Part shown: piece by piece, positions 47,336 to 57,156 of the stretch | How positions within the stretch are numbered: the first letter of the stretch is position 1 | Layout of the letters: every line of letters starts with the position of its first letter | IMG/VR virus record: IMGVR_UViG_3300046653_000062 | Direction: 5' to 3' (one strand) | Source: an uncultured virus (IMG/VR IMGVR_UViG_3300046653_000062) | Taxonomy: Duplodnaviria > Heunggongvirae > Uroviricota > Caudoviricetes | DNA length: 64,000 nt | Made by a program: the position numbers and the translations under genes | The notes under the pieces: generated by a model | Seen by the model: the letters and a program-made list of their open reading frames with translations, nothing else | Told to the model about the DNA's origin: nothing | Database searches by the model: none

Positions 47336-48380
47336 CGGCCCCTCCCTTATACTTATCTCTTGACCAGAGAAGATTAGATTTACCGCTGTCGACCTCAGCG
47401 ACTCCGCGCGCGTATTTCGCCAGGGCCTCGTGCTCGGGGAGGTCGGAATACATCTGAACCGCCGCCCGGCGCTGGTCCTGAGAAAGCTGGATACGCCGCG
47501 CGCCGCCCTGCGCCGCGCCGAATGTGGATCGGGCCGGAGGCGCGGCCGGGGTCTGCGCCTGCCTTGGGGCAGGGGCGGAGCGTTGCCGCCCGCTGTCGAT
47601 TTCCTTGGTCACGGTCTTGTACCCCATCTGCTCGTCGATAAAATCGAAATATTCATCCGACTCCACCGGAATTCCCCGCAGCTCCGCAGTACGGGCGGCG
47701 GCCTCGGCTAGTCCGGCGCGTGCGGGTTTCAGGTAAATGTCTTCCCGGTGTTCGCGCAACCAGTCCTGGGTTTTAGGCGGAAACGCTCTGATCTGCGATT
47801 CGAACCCATCTTGCGCCGAGGGCTGCTGATACTGGGAGACGTCAGGCGGCGGCGCCGTCTCGACGTTGCGCTTGGCCTGCTCCAGGCTTTGAATCTGAGA
47901 GGAGTTCTCGGTCAGAACCGCGACTGCTCGGGTGTGCGTGTCCCAGTCGTTGCGGGACGCCGCCGCCGCCATGGCGGCTTGCGCCCGCTCGATATTGGAC
48001 TTCGCCAGCGCAATGGCGTTGTCCACCGCCGCAACGGTTGCTTCGCGGTAGTTCCGCTCACCCTGAACGGCGCTGTTGGCGTTGGCGTTGGCGCGGCGCT
48101 CGGCCTCGGCGTTCTCGCGGCGGAGCCGCTGCACTTCTGACTCGCGCTCCGCATATTGCGCCTTGAGCTTGGCCAGGGCATCGGGTTCCTCCGCCTCGCG
48201 GATCGCAGGGGAGTGGGCGTCTTCGGCGTGCTCGATAATGATCTCATCGAACGGAGCCGCCGCGATCACGGCGCCGCCTTCGTCAACAACCTCAAACTCT
48301 ACATCAGCCGCCGTCTCGCGGGCGCTCTCGGCCGTCATCCGGTCAAGCTGCGCCGCTGCTGCTCTTTTACGCCTGGACAT
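47328..48380 (-). CDS. Putative scaffolding protein
   Basis: Acidic coiled coil; SDEYF..ID; L+..QR..A...YA C-terminus; position in the head module. Confidence 0.7.
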   Translation of the reverse strand: MSRRKRAAAAQLDRMTAESARETAADVEFEVVDEGGAVIAAAPFDEIIIEHAEDAHSPAIREAEEPDALAKLKAQYAERESEVQRLRRENAEAERRANANANSAVQGERNYREATVAAVDNAIALAKSNIERAQAAMAAAASRNDWDTHTRAVAVLTENSSQIQSLEQAKRNVETAPPPDVSQYQQPSAQDGFESQIRAFPPKTQDWLREHREDIYLKPARAGLAEAAARTAELRGIPVESDEYFDFIDEQMGYKTVTKEIDSGRQRSAPAPRQAQTPAAPPARSTFGAAQGGARRIQLSQDQRRAAVQMYSDLPEHEALAKYARGVAEVDSGKSNLLWSRDKYKGGAGV

Positions 48381-48389
48381 GGTCGCTCC

Positions 48390-48872
48390 TTACAAAATCT
48401 CGTTGGGGGCCGTAGCGATCATCTTCACGGTGCTGTCGAGCGAGTACCGACACGGGACGCCGCGCAGGCCAAACAGCTTTGAATCCGTAGGGAAGTGAAC
48501 AACCCAGTCGCCAACTTTTGGCGTGTGCTTTTTCGCCCGCATGGCGTAGCTCTTCTTGAGCTTGCCTTCCTCGCCGTACTCCTCGGACCTGGGGCTGACC
48601 CAAGGGAACGAACCGCGAAAGCGGAAGGCGTCAGGGCCGGTCTTGACGATAAGGCCGACTTTCGACTGATAGAGGCTTTCCTTCAGACGTTCATCTGGAA
48701 GGATAATGCCGCCTTTGTTCACGCCCGGCTCAATATACACAGCCATGATAATGTCATTGCCAGTGAGCGTGATAGTATCGAGCGAGTCCCCTAGGGCGGC
48801 TATAATCGCCGCCGCTTGGTCTTTCGCAACCGCAAGTTCGCGGATTAAGTCTGATCTGAAAAATGAACTCAT
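48390..48872 (-). CDS. GroES-like co-chaperonin
   Basis: KGGIILPD....S..G.IVKTGPDA...PKVGDWV. Confidence 0.8.
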   Translation of the reverse strand: MSSFFRSDLIRELAVAKDQAAAIIAALGDSLDTITLTGNDIIMAVYIEPGVNKGGIILPDERLKESLYQSKVGLIVKTGPDAFRFRGSFPWVSPRSEEYGEEGKLKKSYAMRAKKHTPKVGDWVVHFPTDSKLFGLRGVPCRYSLDSTVKMIATAPNEIL

Positions 48873-49072
48873 GTGCTGGACCTATATTTCTCGTGAAGTT
48901 CTTTGGCGATATCTCCCGCTATCGTCAGGCCATTAAGCTGGCCAACCTGTCTCAGGTATTCGTCATACTCTGAGCCATGGGCGAGACCTTCAAGAAGCTC
49001 GAAACGTTTTGTTTCCAGGGCCTTCATAAGCTTCTCGAAGAAAACCTCGTCCCAATAGCTTATTTGTACCAT
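48869..49072 (-). CDS. Small phage protein
   Basis: L.HG.EY.EY...VG...GL pattern; ATGA-coupled to the GroES-like gene. Confidence 0.65.
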   Translation of the reverse strand: MVQISYWDEVFFEKLMKALETKRFELLEGLAHGSEYDEYLRQVGQLNGLTIAGDIAKELHEKYRSST

Positions 49073-49467
49073 GGCTTGAAGTCATTAATTTCCTGAACGC
49101 TCGGCCAGACACCCTTGAACTGAACTGCGCGATCATCAATCGTCATCCACGCGGCGGGCTTCTCTTTCGGGAAATACAGCTCGCTAATCGCATGGTTAAC
49201 CTTCTCGGCGTTCTGCTCGCCGAAAGTCTCGCGAATATGGTCCTGCATCCACCCGTAGATAGCGCTGTGCATCGCCGCCACGCCGCCCGACAGGTTAGAA
49301 CGGGACGAGTATATCGTGACCAGGAAGCCTGCGGCCTGATACTCCAGAATCGCCGCCATGGCGCCGTGGACAGGGCCGTCAGTGATGACGTCCGCGCCCT
49401 GCCACCCCGACGTATAGGCGTGGATTACGCCATCGAAGTCGAGGGATACTGTTTTTGGGTAAGACAT
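49060..49467 (-). CDS. HAD-superfamily phosphatase-like protein
   Basis: SLDFDGVIH, YSSR, KP...IDDRA. Confidence 0.8.
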   Translation of the reverse strand: MSYPKTVSLDFDGVIHAYTSGWQGADVITDGPVHGAMAAILEYQAAGFLVTIYSSRSNLSGGVAAMHSAIYGWMQDHIRETFGEQNAEKVNHAISELYFPKEKPAAWMTIDDRAVQFKGVWPSVQEINDFKPWYK

Positions 49468-49600
49468 GCTGGAATGTCCTTGAATGATTAAGATAAAAAT
49501 CCGGAAGCAGCCGCCGCGATTAACGCGACAGCTATAATCCCGGCGACGAATACGGCTATAAACCGCGAGAGGTGACAGTTGTCGTCACAAGGTCTTTTTT

Positions 49601-50116
49601 TCATTTGCCTCCGTACCACCTTTTCTTCTCTAGACGCCCCTCGCCGCTGCCCGCGCCAGCGTGCATATGAACCTTGCCGCCGCGTTTACGCGGCATCGGG
49701 CCGGGGCCAGCCTGCCCGCCGAGAGCGCCCACGCCAGCCATCGGGCCGCCAGCTCCAGGCATCGGGCCGCCAGCTCCAGGCATCGGAGCTGGCATTGGAT
49801 GCGGCGCCATGGCTCCAGGCGGAGGCATCGGAACCGGCATGGCCGCCGGGGCTGCTCCCTGCGACGGGTTCACCACGATATTGACCTTGGTGTGTCCCTT
49901 GCCCTTGTGATGCACGGCTCCGCCGTGGGCGCGCTTCAGAGCCGCCGGTTTCACCATATGCTTCACCAAGGCGCGATCTTCCGCCACGTCGCTGTGATGG
50001 TCGCCGTGAGGGTGGCCCCCATGAGCGTAGCCGGCGTGCGCCGACGTGGAATGAAGGCCCAGGTGAGAATGACGCGCGGCGTGGGTCGCCTTCGCGTGCG
50101 CCTTGATATGCTTCAT
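49601..50116 (-). CDS. His/Gly/Pro-rich basic protein
   Basis: GGAG RBS; H.D.AEDRAL, AHGG, RKRGG, AGAGSG.GRLEK. Confidence 0.75.
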   Translation of the reverse strand: MKHIKAHAKATHAARHSHLGLHSTSAHAGYAHGGHPHGDHHSDVAEDRALVKHMVKPAALKRAHGGAVHHKGKGHTKVNIVVNPSQGAAPAAMPVPMPPPGAMAPHPMPAPMPGAGGPMPGAGGPMAGVGALGGQAGPGPMPRKRGGKVHMHAGAGSGEGRLEKKRWYGGK

Positions 50117-50132
50117 GGTCCGTTACTCCGTG

Positions 50133-50447
50133 TTAAAAGCCCCATCGGCCAATAGTTTCGCCGAAAGTATCTTGCCCTTGCCGGGCGCGGTTCACCGCCG
50201 CAGGCCGCCCGACGCCCTTGATCGAACGGATATGACGGATATCAATCCCACCCCACTTGCCGTCATATGTCGCAGGCGCGTGGATCAGGTTGCGCGGCTG
50301 GGCGAACAGCTTTTTGTTTCCGCGCTTACGGAGAAGCAGCTTGCCCCGCGCCGCGAGGGATAACTCAGCGTGTATGCGCTCGTCGCTAGAACCTTTAAGC
50401 CGCCGCTCAGCGTGTTCGGCGCCGTCATGCCTGGGGTGACGGGTCAT
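50133..50447 (-). CDS. Basic hypothetical protein
   Basis: ATGA overlap with the upstream gene. Confidence 0.55.
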   Translation of the reverse strand: MTRHPRHDGAEHAERRLKGSSDERIHAELSLAARGKLLLRKRGNKKLFAQPRNLIHAPATYDGKWGGIDIRHIRSIKGVGRPAAVNRARQGQDTFGETIGRWGF

Positions 50448-51112
50448 TCTCCGCCCTCCGCGTTCTTATGAACAAAGACAGGCTCGGACTCTAACGCGAT
50501 GGCGTCGGCCTGCATCTGACTGATATCGACAGCGGCTTTGGCGAGAGCCGCCGCGTTGAAGTCGACCGTCAGAGACTCAGGCTGTTTAAACGCATCCCCA
50601 GCAGGCTCGCCAGTGATCTTCGCGTGCTCTTCAGGGGTAATCAAGCCATCGGCAAGGAGCTGACCAGCGGCCTCGGCCGTATCGTTCGCCGTTTTCAGGT
50701 CTTCGGCGGCGAGCCGCCGCGCAATCTCCGCTTTGATCTCGTCAATGCGCGCGTCGAACGCCGCAACCCGGTTCTTGTCTTCGTCCGGGTCCTCTGTGTA
50801 GCGCCTGCCTTCCTGCTTGATAGGGACTGGGCCAAACCTGCCCTCATGCCAGTCGATAGGGGGGTTCTCGGCGATGAACTGGATGAGCGCGCTTTGACCC
50901 GCCTGCTGATGCGCCAGAGCTTCGTGAAGCTCATCGAGAGATAACTCAGTCAGCGGGCGGAGCTTCTCCGCGCCGCGTCGGTCGGCGAGGGCGGCGGCGT
51001 ACATGCGGGTCAGCACCTCGACCACATCGGCCTCGGTCAGCTCATTCATCGCCTCATTCATCGCCTCCAGGTCCTCAGGGGTAAACGGCGTCTGGTTCTT
51101 TTCTTCTGGCAT
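50444..51112 (-). CDS. Acidic hypothetical protein
   Basis: GAGGAG RBS; 222 aa. Confidence 0.65.
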   Translation of the reverse strand: MPEEKNQTPFTPEDLEAMNEAMNELTEADVVEVLTRMYAAALADRRGAEKLRPLTELSLDELHEALAHQQAGQSALIQFIAENPPIDWHEGRFGPVPIKQEGRRYTEDPDEDKNRVAAFDARIDEIKAEIARRLAAEDLKTANDTAEAAGQLLADGLITPEEHAKITGEPAGDAFKQPESLTVDFNAAALAKAAVDISQMQADAIALESEPVFVHKNAEGGE

Positions 51113-51139
51113 GGTTTCTCCTCACTGCTGGACTCGTGA

Positions 51140-53263
51140 TTAGATAGCGCCTGGGAGCGTTGGGGCCTGCCCCGGAGCGCCCTGTTCCCCGCCGCCGAAT
51201 ATCTGCGCGGCGAGAGGATGCGTCACAAGATGCTGGATAAGCCGCATGTATTCAAGCTGCTTGTCGCCCTCGATCTTGGCCATTTCGATCTGCTGACGCG
51301 ACTGAATATCCGCCATTTTCGTCTGGCTCTGCTGCGCGGCCGACGCCACCTTGGCTTGGTTGGCCTGCTGTTGCTGCTGAACCTTCAGCATCTCCGGGTT
51401 CGGTGGAGGCGGCGAGCCCGGCGAAGGCTCAGGCATGAACAGCTCGTCCGCGTCATCGATCTGCATCATGTGAAGCACACGGGACGCCACCTTGCGCGGA
51501 TTGAACACCCCTGGCGGGGTCTGCTGGGCCACCGTCCCAAGCGCGATCGCCTTCATGAGCCGGTGCGCATGGCTGGGAGTGTTCGGGTCCGAACGAGGGA
51601 CCAGATTATAGTTGCCGAGCGCATGAATGACCGCGTCCATGGTCCACGCGGGCTGGTCGGGGTCAGGGCGATATAGGACCTCGGGATGCTGGCGCAGGTG
51701 CTCCACGATCAATTCAAGCTCGACGCTCTGAGAGTCGTGAAGCCGGGTGTGCACCGCGTTGAGGATTTTCCCGGCCTGCTCGATCGCCGCCAACATGGTG
51801 CCCACGGGCACGTCCGCCTTGCCCTCGGCGGTCGGAAGCTCCGCAGTCCCGCCCAATTTCTGCCCGGCGTTGGCGATGTTTTCGGAAAGCGCGATCAGGC
51901 TCTGCGACGGCTCCTTGTAAGGGAGGGGCATCACCGCGTCCGCCAGCTTCACGCCGCCGGGGACGTCCACCGGAGCGCCGCCGCCGGGCGGGACGCGGAA
52001 CGTGTTGTTGCTCTGCTTGGCCCCGTTCTTGGCGTACAAAAAGCCTGGGAAGTTGCTGAACATCCCGGCGTCAAGCAGAAGCCGCCATGCGCCGGTCAGG
52101 GCAGACGTAGCGTTACCGAGAATTTGCAGAAGACCCGTGCAGTAGAACCCGAAGGTGGGAGCGAAGCCAAAGGGAACAAAAGTGCGTCTGCGGATGAAAT
52201 CTTCATCGCCTTCGTCCCAATCGCGTCTGATCTCCAGAATTGCTCGTGACGTGAGGTCAATGGTGATTCGATAAGGGAGCGGAAGACCTGTGGGCTTTCC
52301 GTCAAGATGGTGCTCAAACTCGGGGAGGTCGATATCAGCGTACGTCTCGTAAATTGTGTGCACCTGATCTTCAGGGCGGGTCACGTTGAGGTTTACGCCC
52401 TGAGAGCGCGCCACCGCCGCGTCGAACACGTTGATATTGGCGTCGGGAAGCTGGATGGGAATGTCCCGGTAGACCCCCAAGAGCTGCATCCGCTTGAACG
52501 TGGTGCGCTGCATCGGGATGATATGGGTCACACGGGGCGCGGTCTGAATGTCCGTGGTCGTGTTGGCTACAACCAAGTGCTCGGCGTCCACCATCTCGGA
52601 CACCGGACGCCGCCGCATCGGGCAGAAGTACACCTTTTTAAAGGCCATCCCCGAAAACCCCACCATAAACAGCAATCTGTCGGTGCCGGGGATAAATTCT
52701 GTAGCCTTTTTAGTGAGATACCAGTTGATCTCTTGTTCAAGCTTATCCGCGAGCCAGTCTTTCGAGGCGGTCTGGGAGCCGAAAACCGCGATCTTGGCCG
52801 GGCCATTGCTCGGAATCAGCTCACGCCGGGCGTTCCCCTGAAAATGCAGGCACGCCTCGCCCAAAAGCGGGTGTCGGACAGTCGACATGCCCTCAAGCGG
52901 GGCTGAGGTGCTGGCGAGGTCGCTCCGGGGCTCCTCGACCTTGAACCCGAGAAGCTTGATCCCGTTCGCGCGGGTCTGCAACCACTCCGAAAAGCTCCTC
53001 CGGTCCTCCTCGACTCCCTCGATAAGATCGACCGCGAGACCGTTTAAGGCTGATTCGTCAATAAATTCCGCCAAATTAGCGTTGTGGTCGCCCGCCGCCT
53101 CTTTCGAGTTGTGGTTCCGAGGGCTGAACTCGATGGTTACCCCGCCGTCCGGCTCATCAATGACAAGCGCGTCGTTCTCCTGAGCAAAATGAACGCCATT
53201 CGGTTTAAACGCGGGCTGGGCGTCCATATATTTCTGAAAATCGAAGACCTGTGCGGCTGTCAT
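51140..53263 (-). CDS. Portal protein
   Basis: NLAE, HPLL.EA...FQ, G.AFKKVY, PY..TID, GFY..GL, L.DAG...N.P, PLPYKEPS, PVGT.LA..E; follows TerL. Confidence 0.9.
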   Translation of the reverse strand: MTAAQVFDFQKYMDAQPAFKPNGVHFAQENDALVIDEPDGGVTIEFSPRNHNSKEAAGDHNANLAEFIDESALNGLAVDLIEGVEEDRRSFSEWLQTRANGIKLLGFKVEEPRSDLASTSAPLEGMSTVRHPLLGEACLHFQGNARRELIPSNGPAKIAVFGSQTASKDWLADKLEQEINWYLTKKATEFIPGTDRLLFMVGFSGMAFKKVYFCPMRRRPVSEMVDAEHLVVANTTTDIQTAPRVTHIIPMQRTTFKRMQLLGVYRDIPIQLPDANINVFDAAVARSQGVNLNVTRPEDQVHTIYETYADIDLPEFEHHLDGKPTGLPLPYRITIDLTSRAILEIRRDWDEGDEDFIRRRTFVPFGFAPTFGFYCTGLLQILGNATSALTGAWRLLLDAGMFSNFPGFLYAKNGAKQSNNTFRVPPGGGAPVDVPGGVKLADAVMPLPYKEPSQSLIALSENIANAGQKLGGTAELPTAEGKADVPVGTMLAAIEQAGKILNAVHTRLHDSQSVELELIVEHLRQHPEVLYRPDPDQPAWTMDAVIHALGNYNLVPRSDPNTPSHAHRLMKAIALGTVAQQTPPGVFNPRKVASRVLHMMQIDDADELFMPEPSPGSPPPPNPEMLKVQQQQQANQAKVASAAQQSQTKMADIQSRQQIEMAKIEGDKQLEYMRLIQHLVTHPLAAQIFGGGEQGAPGQAPTLPGAI

Positions 53264-53277
53264 CGGCGTTTACTCCA

Positions 53278-56022
53278 CTACATCGGATAGAGGGGAATGT
53301 CATTGCGCGCTCCGCTACCGGACGCGCCGCCCGTATCGGGGTCATTCGCCGCTCTTATCTCTTCGCGACGAGCCAACATATTCTGTTGCCGGAACCACCA
53401 GAGCGCATAAGTGGCGGAGTCGGTCAAATCATCATACCGCGCTTTGGGGAACGCCGCCATTTCATCTTCAACCATGGTCGCCCAAGGCCGGTTCGGGCGA
53501 TAGATCATACCGGCGGACCAGATGTGTTGCACCCGGTTCGCCCGCACTTCCTTATCGGCGCGACCAGGATTGACGAACTCGATCCCGAACTTCTCTTGAA
53601 AAAGAAGTCTCTGCAACTCCTGGACAGCGGATATCCCGGTCGCCTTCGCCTCCACTATCAGCCGGTCCACATGGAACCGCTTGCAGGTGTGCCCGATCCA
53701 CTCGACCAGACCCCACGCCTTCTTCTGACGCTCCAGAAACAGCTCGGGTGGCTCCCCCCACTCCTGAATCAGGTCCGGGCCATGAAGCTGCAACCATTTC
53801 CGCCACGCTGCGATCAAGAAGACGCGGGGCGTCCCGTCGTCGGCGTAATTGAGCCCCCAGACGGTCATGGCCGAGGGGTCGTTCTCGTCATGATGCGTGT
53901 AGGCCGGGTCGACCGAGGCCAGGATGAAATCGAACGTGGGGTATTTCCCGTCTTCCGGTTCCCAGACGTTCCAATATTCGTTCTTGAAGATACCGCCGCC
54001 GCGCGGGGCAGGTCTTTGTTGATACTGACTGGCGAAAGCATGCTCCCCGAGCTTCAAGCATTCCTCGACAGCGGCGGGTGGGAACCGCGCTTCCCAAAAG
54101 TTTTCGCCGTCAGTAGACCTGGGATCACTCCATCCGATCGAAGTAACGCAATGTCTACCATCTTCATATAACATGGGTATCATAAGATGATCGTACCCAA
54201 GATCTGCACTAATAATAGTCCCAGAAACATCAGATTCATGAACGCGCTGCATTATACAAATAATGGCGGACTTTGTCATGTGATTTAATCTGTTAGACAT
54301 TGCCTCACGGAACCAGCGAACAGTCTCCTCACGTATAGTTTGGGATTCACCTTCCTTAATATTATGGGGATCATCTAGAATTACTACGTCTGCTCTTTCG
54401 CCAGTACCAGTTCCTCTTACAGAAGACGCAAATTTCCAACCAAACTTGTTATTGGATATTTTCGTTACTCCCTTCTGACGCATCGTAAACTTGTGGCCCC
54501 AGAGGTCTTGGAATTTCTGGCTCTCAATCAGGTCGAGCATCCGCTGATTGTCGCGTTCAGTCAGAAGCGATGAGTAACTGAAGTTGATGAAACGCTTTCC
54601 CGGCTCCCCGGCGGCGGACCACTGCCATGCGGGCCAAAAGACATTAGTCATCAGGCTGTTATGAACGATCAGCCCGTTAACCGTGAAAGTATGGTCCTCC
54701 TCGACCGTCAAACAACGGCATACACCCGGCTCGACCTGGACAACATCTGCAACCTCATCCTCATATATATTCTTCGGAAAGATATCGAAGAACGCTTTTT
54801 CCGCTTCTTCCCGCTTTCTAGTGAGAAGCCCTGGAAGAGTTGCGAATTTGGCCACTTCGTTTCTCTCCGAAGTTATAACTTCGTACGAAATATAGACGCC
54901 TCCAGGCTGAGACTTTGTTGTTATATTAGATCGGGTTAATCTTATCCTAGAGTGTATGTTTAGGAGAAAAAGCGCTCTATGAGTATCCTCTGCAAGTTTT
55001 CGACTTACCGTTGTCGAAAAAGATATCATAGTATTTCTATTACCCTTATGGCGTATGCGGATACATCCGTCGCATGACCAATACGCCCCAATAAAATTAG
55101 CTATAGTATTTGGCCCGGACCGAAAAATACCCTCCGGGATAAATTTGGTATAGCTGTTGCTTAAGAATAGGCCATGTTTTTTGAGCCATGAATGAATAGG
55201 TAACTCTGCCCCCTTCTTAAATACTTTCAGTGCATTTTCTTCGGTAGATTTAAGAATTATCTTTTGGGCTTTAACTTTTGGGTTATTATGAGTCGTTGAA
55301 TACGCAAAAAATCCGATAGTTTTTGCGCAGTAGATAAAATCGTCTATGGATTCCTGATCTGCGCTGACAAAACATAGGGAACGCTGCGAAATACATCCGT
55401 CCCCAACAAGATACCCGAGAAGCCGGGCTTCCTCCGGAGACATGGAGTTATCGCCGAAGCTGTCCCATACATGCGGGACTCCGACGTAGTCGTGATCTGT
55501 GATCTTATCAGCCGGAACCCATCCACGAGTGGTAAGAAATGGGTGGTCGTGCGCCGCGCGCACGGCGCGTCCTGACGTGGTGCGAACCTCCACGAGCGGG
55601 AGAACTCCCTGCTCGTGAACCGCAAGCACTCGCCGGAAACGCCCGGCATGGGTAAGAACTTCGTCTCCTACGGCGATATCGCCCAGACGCACGAACCCTC
55701 GGCGCGTCATTATGGGCTCTTCAATATATACTGGTTTCATTGACCCTGGTGGAACATTGATGAGAAGCCTTGTGATACCACCATATGTCACTGCTTCCAA
55801 GTGCATTGCGACCGCCTCAAGCGGCCAGCCCTCCACAAACTCTCGCCCGGGCTCGATCGTGTCCCAAAAATATCTGACGAACTCCAGCAGCCCGCCGGGC
55901 CGGGCCTGCTTCTCCCGCTCGATGCGCATCTTGAACTCGTGCATCGCCGCCGCCAGAAGCTCATGTTTCTGGCGCGGGTCTCCGGTCTTGGCGAGAAGCT
56001 GCTGAAGATCAGACTGGGCCAT
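53278..56022 (-). CDS. terL: Terminase large subunit with intein
   Basis: Walker A LLINVPPGSMK|S, TG.RAD...LDDP, IMQR.H..D, QYQQRP, SVD.AY, D.SA, VEAKA.G, FP...DDL.DS. Confidence 0.95.
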   Translation of the reverse strand: MAQSDLQQLLAKTGDPRQKHELLAAAMHEFKMRIEREKQARPGGLLEFVRYFWDTIEPGREFVEGWPLEAVAMHLEAVTYGGITRLLINVPPGSMKPVYIEEPIMTRRGFVRLGDIAVGDEVLTHAGRFRRVLAVHEQGVLPLVEVRTTSGRAVRAAHDHPFLTTRGWVPADKITDHDYVGVPHVWDSFGDNSMSPEEARLLGYLVGDGCISQRSLCFVSADQESIDDFIYCAKTIGFFAYSTTHNNPKVKAQKIILKSTEENALKVFKKGAELPIHSWLKKHGLFLSNSYTKFIPEGIFRSGPNTIANFIGAYWSCDGCIRIRHKGNRNTMISFSTTVSRKLAEDTHRALFLLNIHSRIRLTRSNITTKSQPGGVYISYEVITSERNEVAKFATLPGLLTRKREEAEKAFFDIFPKNIYEDEVADVVQVEPGVCRCLTVEEDHTFTVNGLIVHNSLMTNVFWPAWQWSAAGEPGKRFINFSYSSLLTERDNQRMLDLIESQKFQDLWGHKFTMRQKGVTKISNNKFGWKFASSVRGTGTGERADVVILDDPHNIKEGESQTIREETVRWFREAMSNRLNHMTKSAIICIMQRVHESDVSGTIISADLGYDHLMIPMLYEDGRHCVTSIGWSDPRSTDGENFWEARFPPAAVEECLKLGEHAFASQYQQRPAPRGGGIFKNEYWNVWEPEDGKYPTFDFILASVDPAYTHHDENDPSAMTVWGLNYADDGTPRVFLIAAWRKWLQLHGPDLIQEWGEPPELFLERQKKAWGLVEWIGHTCKRFHVDRLIVEAKATGISAVQELQRLLFQEKFGIEFVNPGRADKEVRANRVQHIWSAGMIYRPNRPWATMVEDEMAAFPKARYDDLTDSATYALWWFRQQNMLARREEIRAANDPDTGGASGSGARNDIPLYPM
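54658..55734 (-). mobile_element. Intein with LAGLIDADG homing endonuclease (359 aa, Pro1...His-Asn/Ser+1)
   Basis: Removing PVYIEE...LIVHN restores PPGSMK-SLMTNVFWPAW; block B AHDHPF; LLGYLVGDG and FIGAYWSCDG motifs; AT-rich core. Confidence 0.92.
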
Positions 56023-56662
56023 GGGTCAGCTTCTTCTGAGCCGGGTTGAAGTCGGGAACCGTCTCCGCCGTAACCTCGATCACGGGGCCAATCTCACTGT
56101 GAACTTTGGCTATGAACTGAAGCAGCTCGTCATTGCTCATCCGGGAGATAGAGCCCTGAACCGTAATTTCCGCCTTATCGATCAACAGGCCATGCAGCTT
56201 GGCCAGACCCATGGTGGCCTGGACCGCCGCGCGGGCGTCGGATCGCCAGTCGGCCCCCTTCGTATGGCCCTTCACCTGGGGCTGGTCGGGGAGGCTGAGT
56301 TCTCCGGTCCTGGCGAAGTGCCGATCTTCGAGCAGCATCAGCGTCAGCCGCTCGATATTCATATGAAACTTGTCGGACAGCTCGTTGCGCTGCTTATCCA
56401 GAACCTTGGTCTGAGCCTTCATCAGCTCGCCGATGCGCTTCTGAACATTGGCGTTTTTACGAACCTTGGCCCCACGCTGGGCCAGATACTGCTCCGCCTC
56501 CCGTTTGGATTTCCCCTCGATATTGGGGCGATACCCCGCAAGGGTGACGGCGTCAGAAAGCGTGCGGCCAGCGACGATATATTGAGCAAACAACTCCTGA
56601 CGGGGATTTAACCCCGTCTTTGGGTTGACCTGCCCGTGGGTGTCCCCCTTGCGCGCCGCCAT
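56009..56662 (-). CDS. terS: Terminase small subunit
   Basis: LNPRQELFAQ...G.T..DA...AGY...V..RI.EL...LAKLHGL; directly upstream of terL. Confidence 0.85.
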   Translation of the reverse strand: MAARKGDTHGQVNPKTGLNPRQELFAQYIVAGRTLSDAVTLAGYRPNIEGKSKREAEQYLAQRGAKVRKNANVQKRIGELMKAQTKVLDKQRNELSDKFHMNIERLTLMLLEDRHFARTGELSLPDQPQVKGHTKGADWRSDARAAVQATMGLAKLHGLLIDKAEITVQGSISRMSNDELLQFIAKVHSEIGPVIEVTAETVPDFNPAQKKLTHGPV

Positions 56663-57138
56663 CAGATGGCCTCGGGGTGATCGTTAGCGGCGAGCGGAGC
56701 GATAGGGCCTGGGTCGGAGACAAAGACAGGCGATGGGTTCTCCGATTGAGGCTGCGGTGGGAAAGTGGCCACCGGGACCTGAAAGACATAAATCAGGTTA
56801 CCTTTGGCGTCTCCCGCGAAAGACGGCTGGACTTGACGGGTCACCGGATAGAGCCGCGTCTGAACAAGCGCCTGCTCGACAAGCTGATTGACAGTCATCT
56901 GAAGGGCTTGAAGGGTCGACTGAATCCAGATTTTCTTGAGAAGATTCTGGCGGTCGGCTTCCGGCACGAGCTTGAACAGAAGCTGGTCGTCGGCCGGGGC
57001 TATAATCGAGATTGTCAGAAGACCCTGCATCGCCACCGAGGTGGTTGTGTCGAGTTCTTCCGCCTGGGCCGGGGCGGCCGCACGCTTGGACGGATCGATA
57101 ATAATTGAAGCCGGTTTGATATAGCTGATAGTCGCCAT
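56662..57138 (-). CDS. Hypothetical protein
   Basis: AGGGAG RBS; TGATG coupling to terS. Confidence 0.65.
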   Translation of the reverse strand: MATISYIKPASIIIDPSKRAAAPAQAEELDTTTSVAMQGLLTISIIAPADDQLLFKLVPEADRQNLLKKIWIQSTLQALQMTVNQLVEQALVQTRLYPVTRQVQPSFAGDAKGNLIYVFQVPVATFPPQPQSENPSPVFVSDPGPIAPLAANDHPEAI

Positions 57139-57156
57139 GGGGCTGGACTCCCTTTG

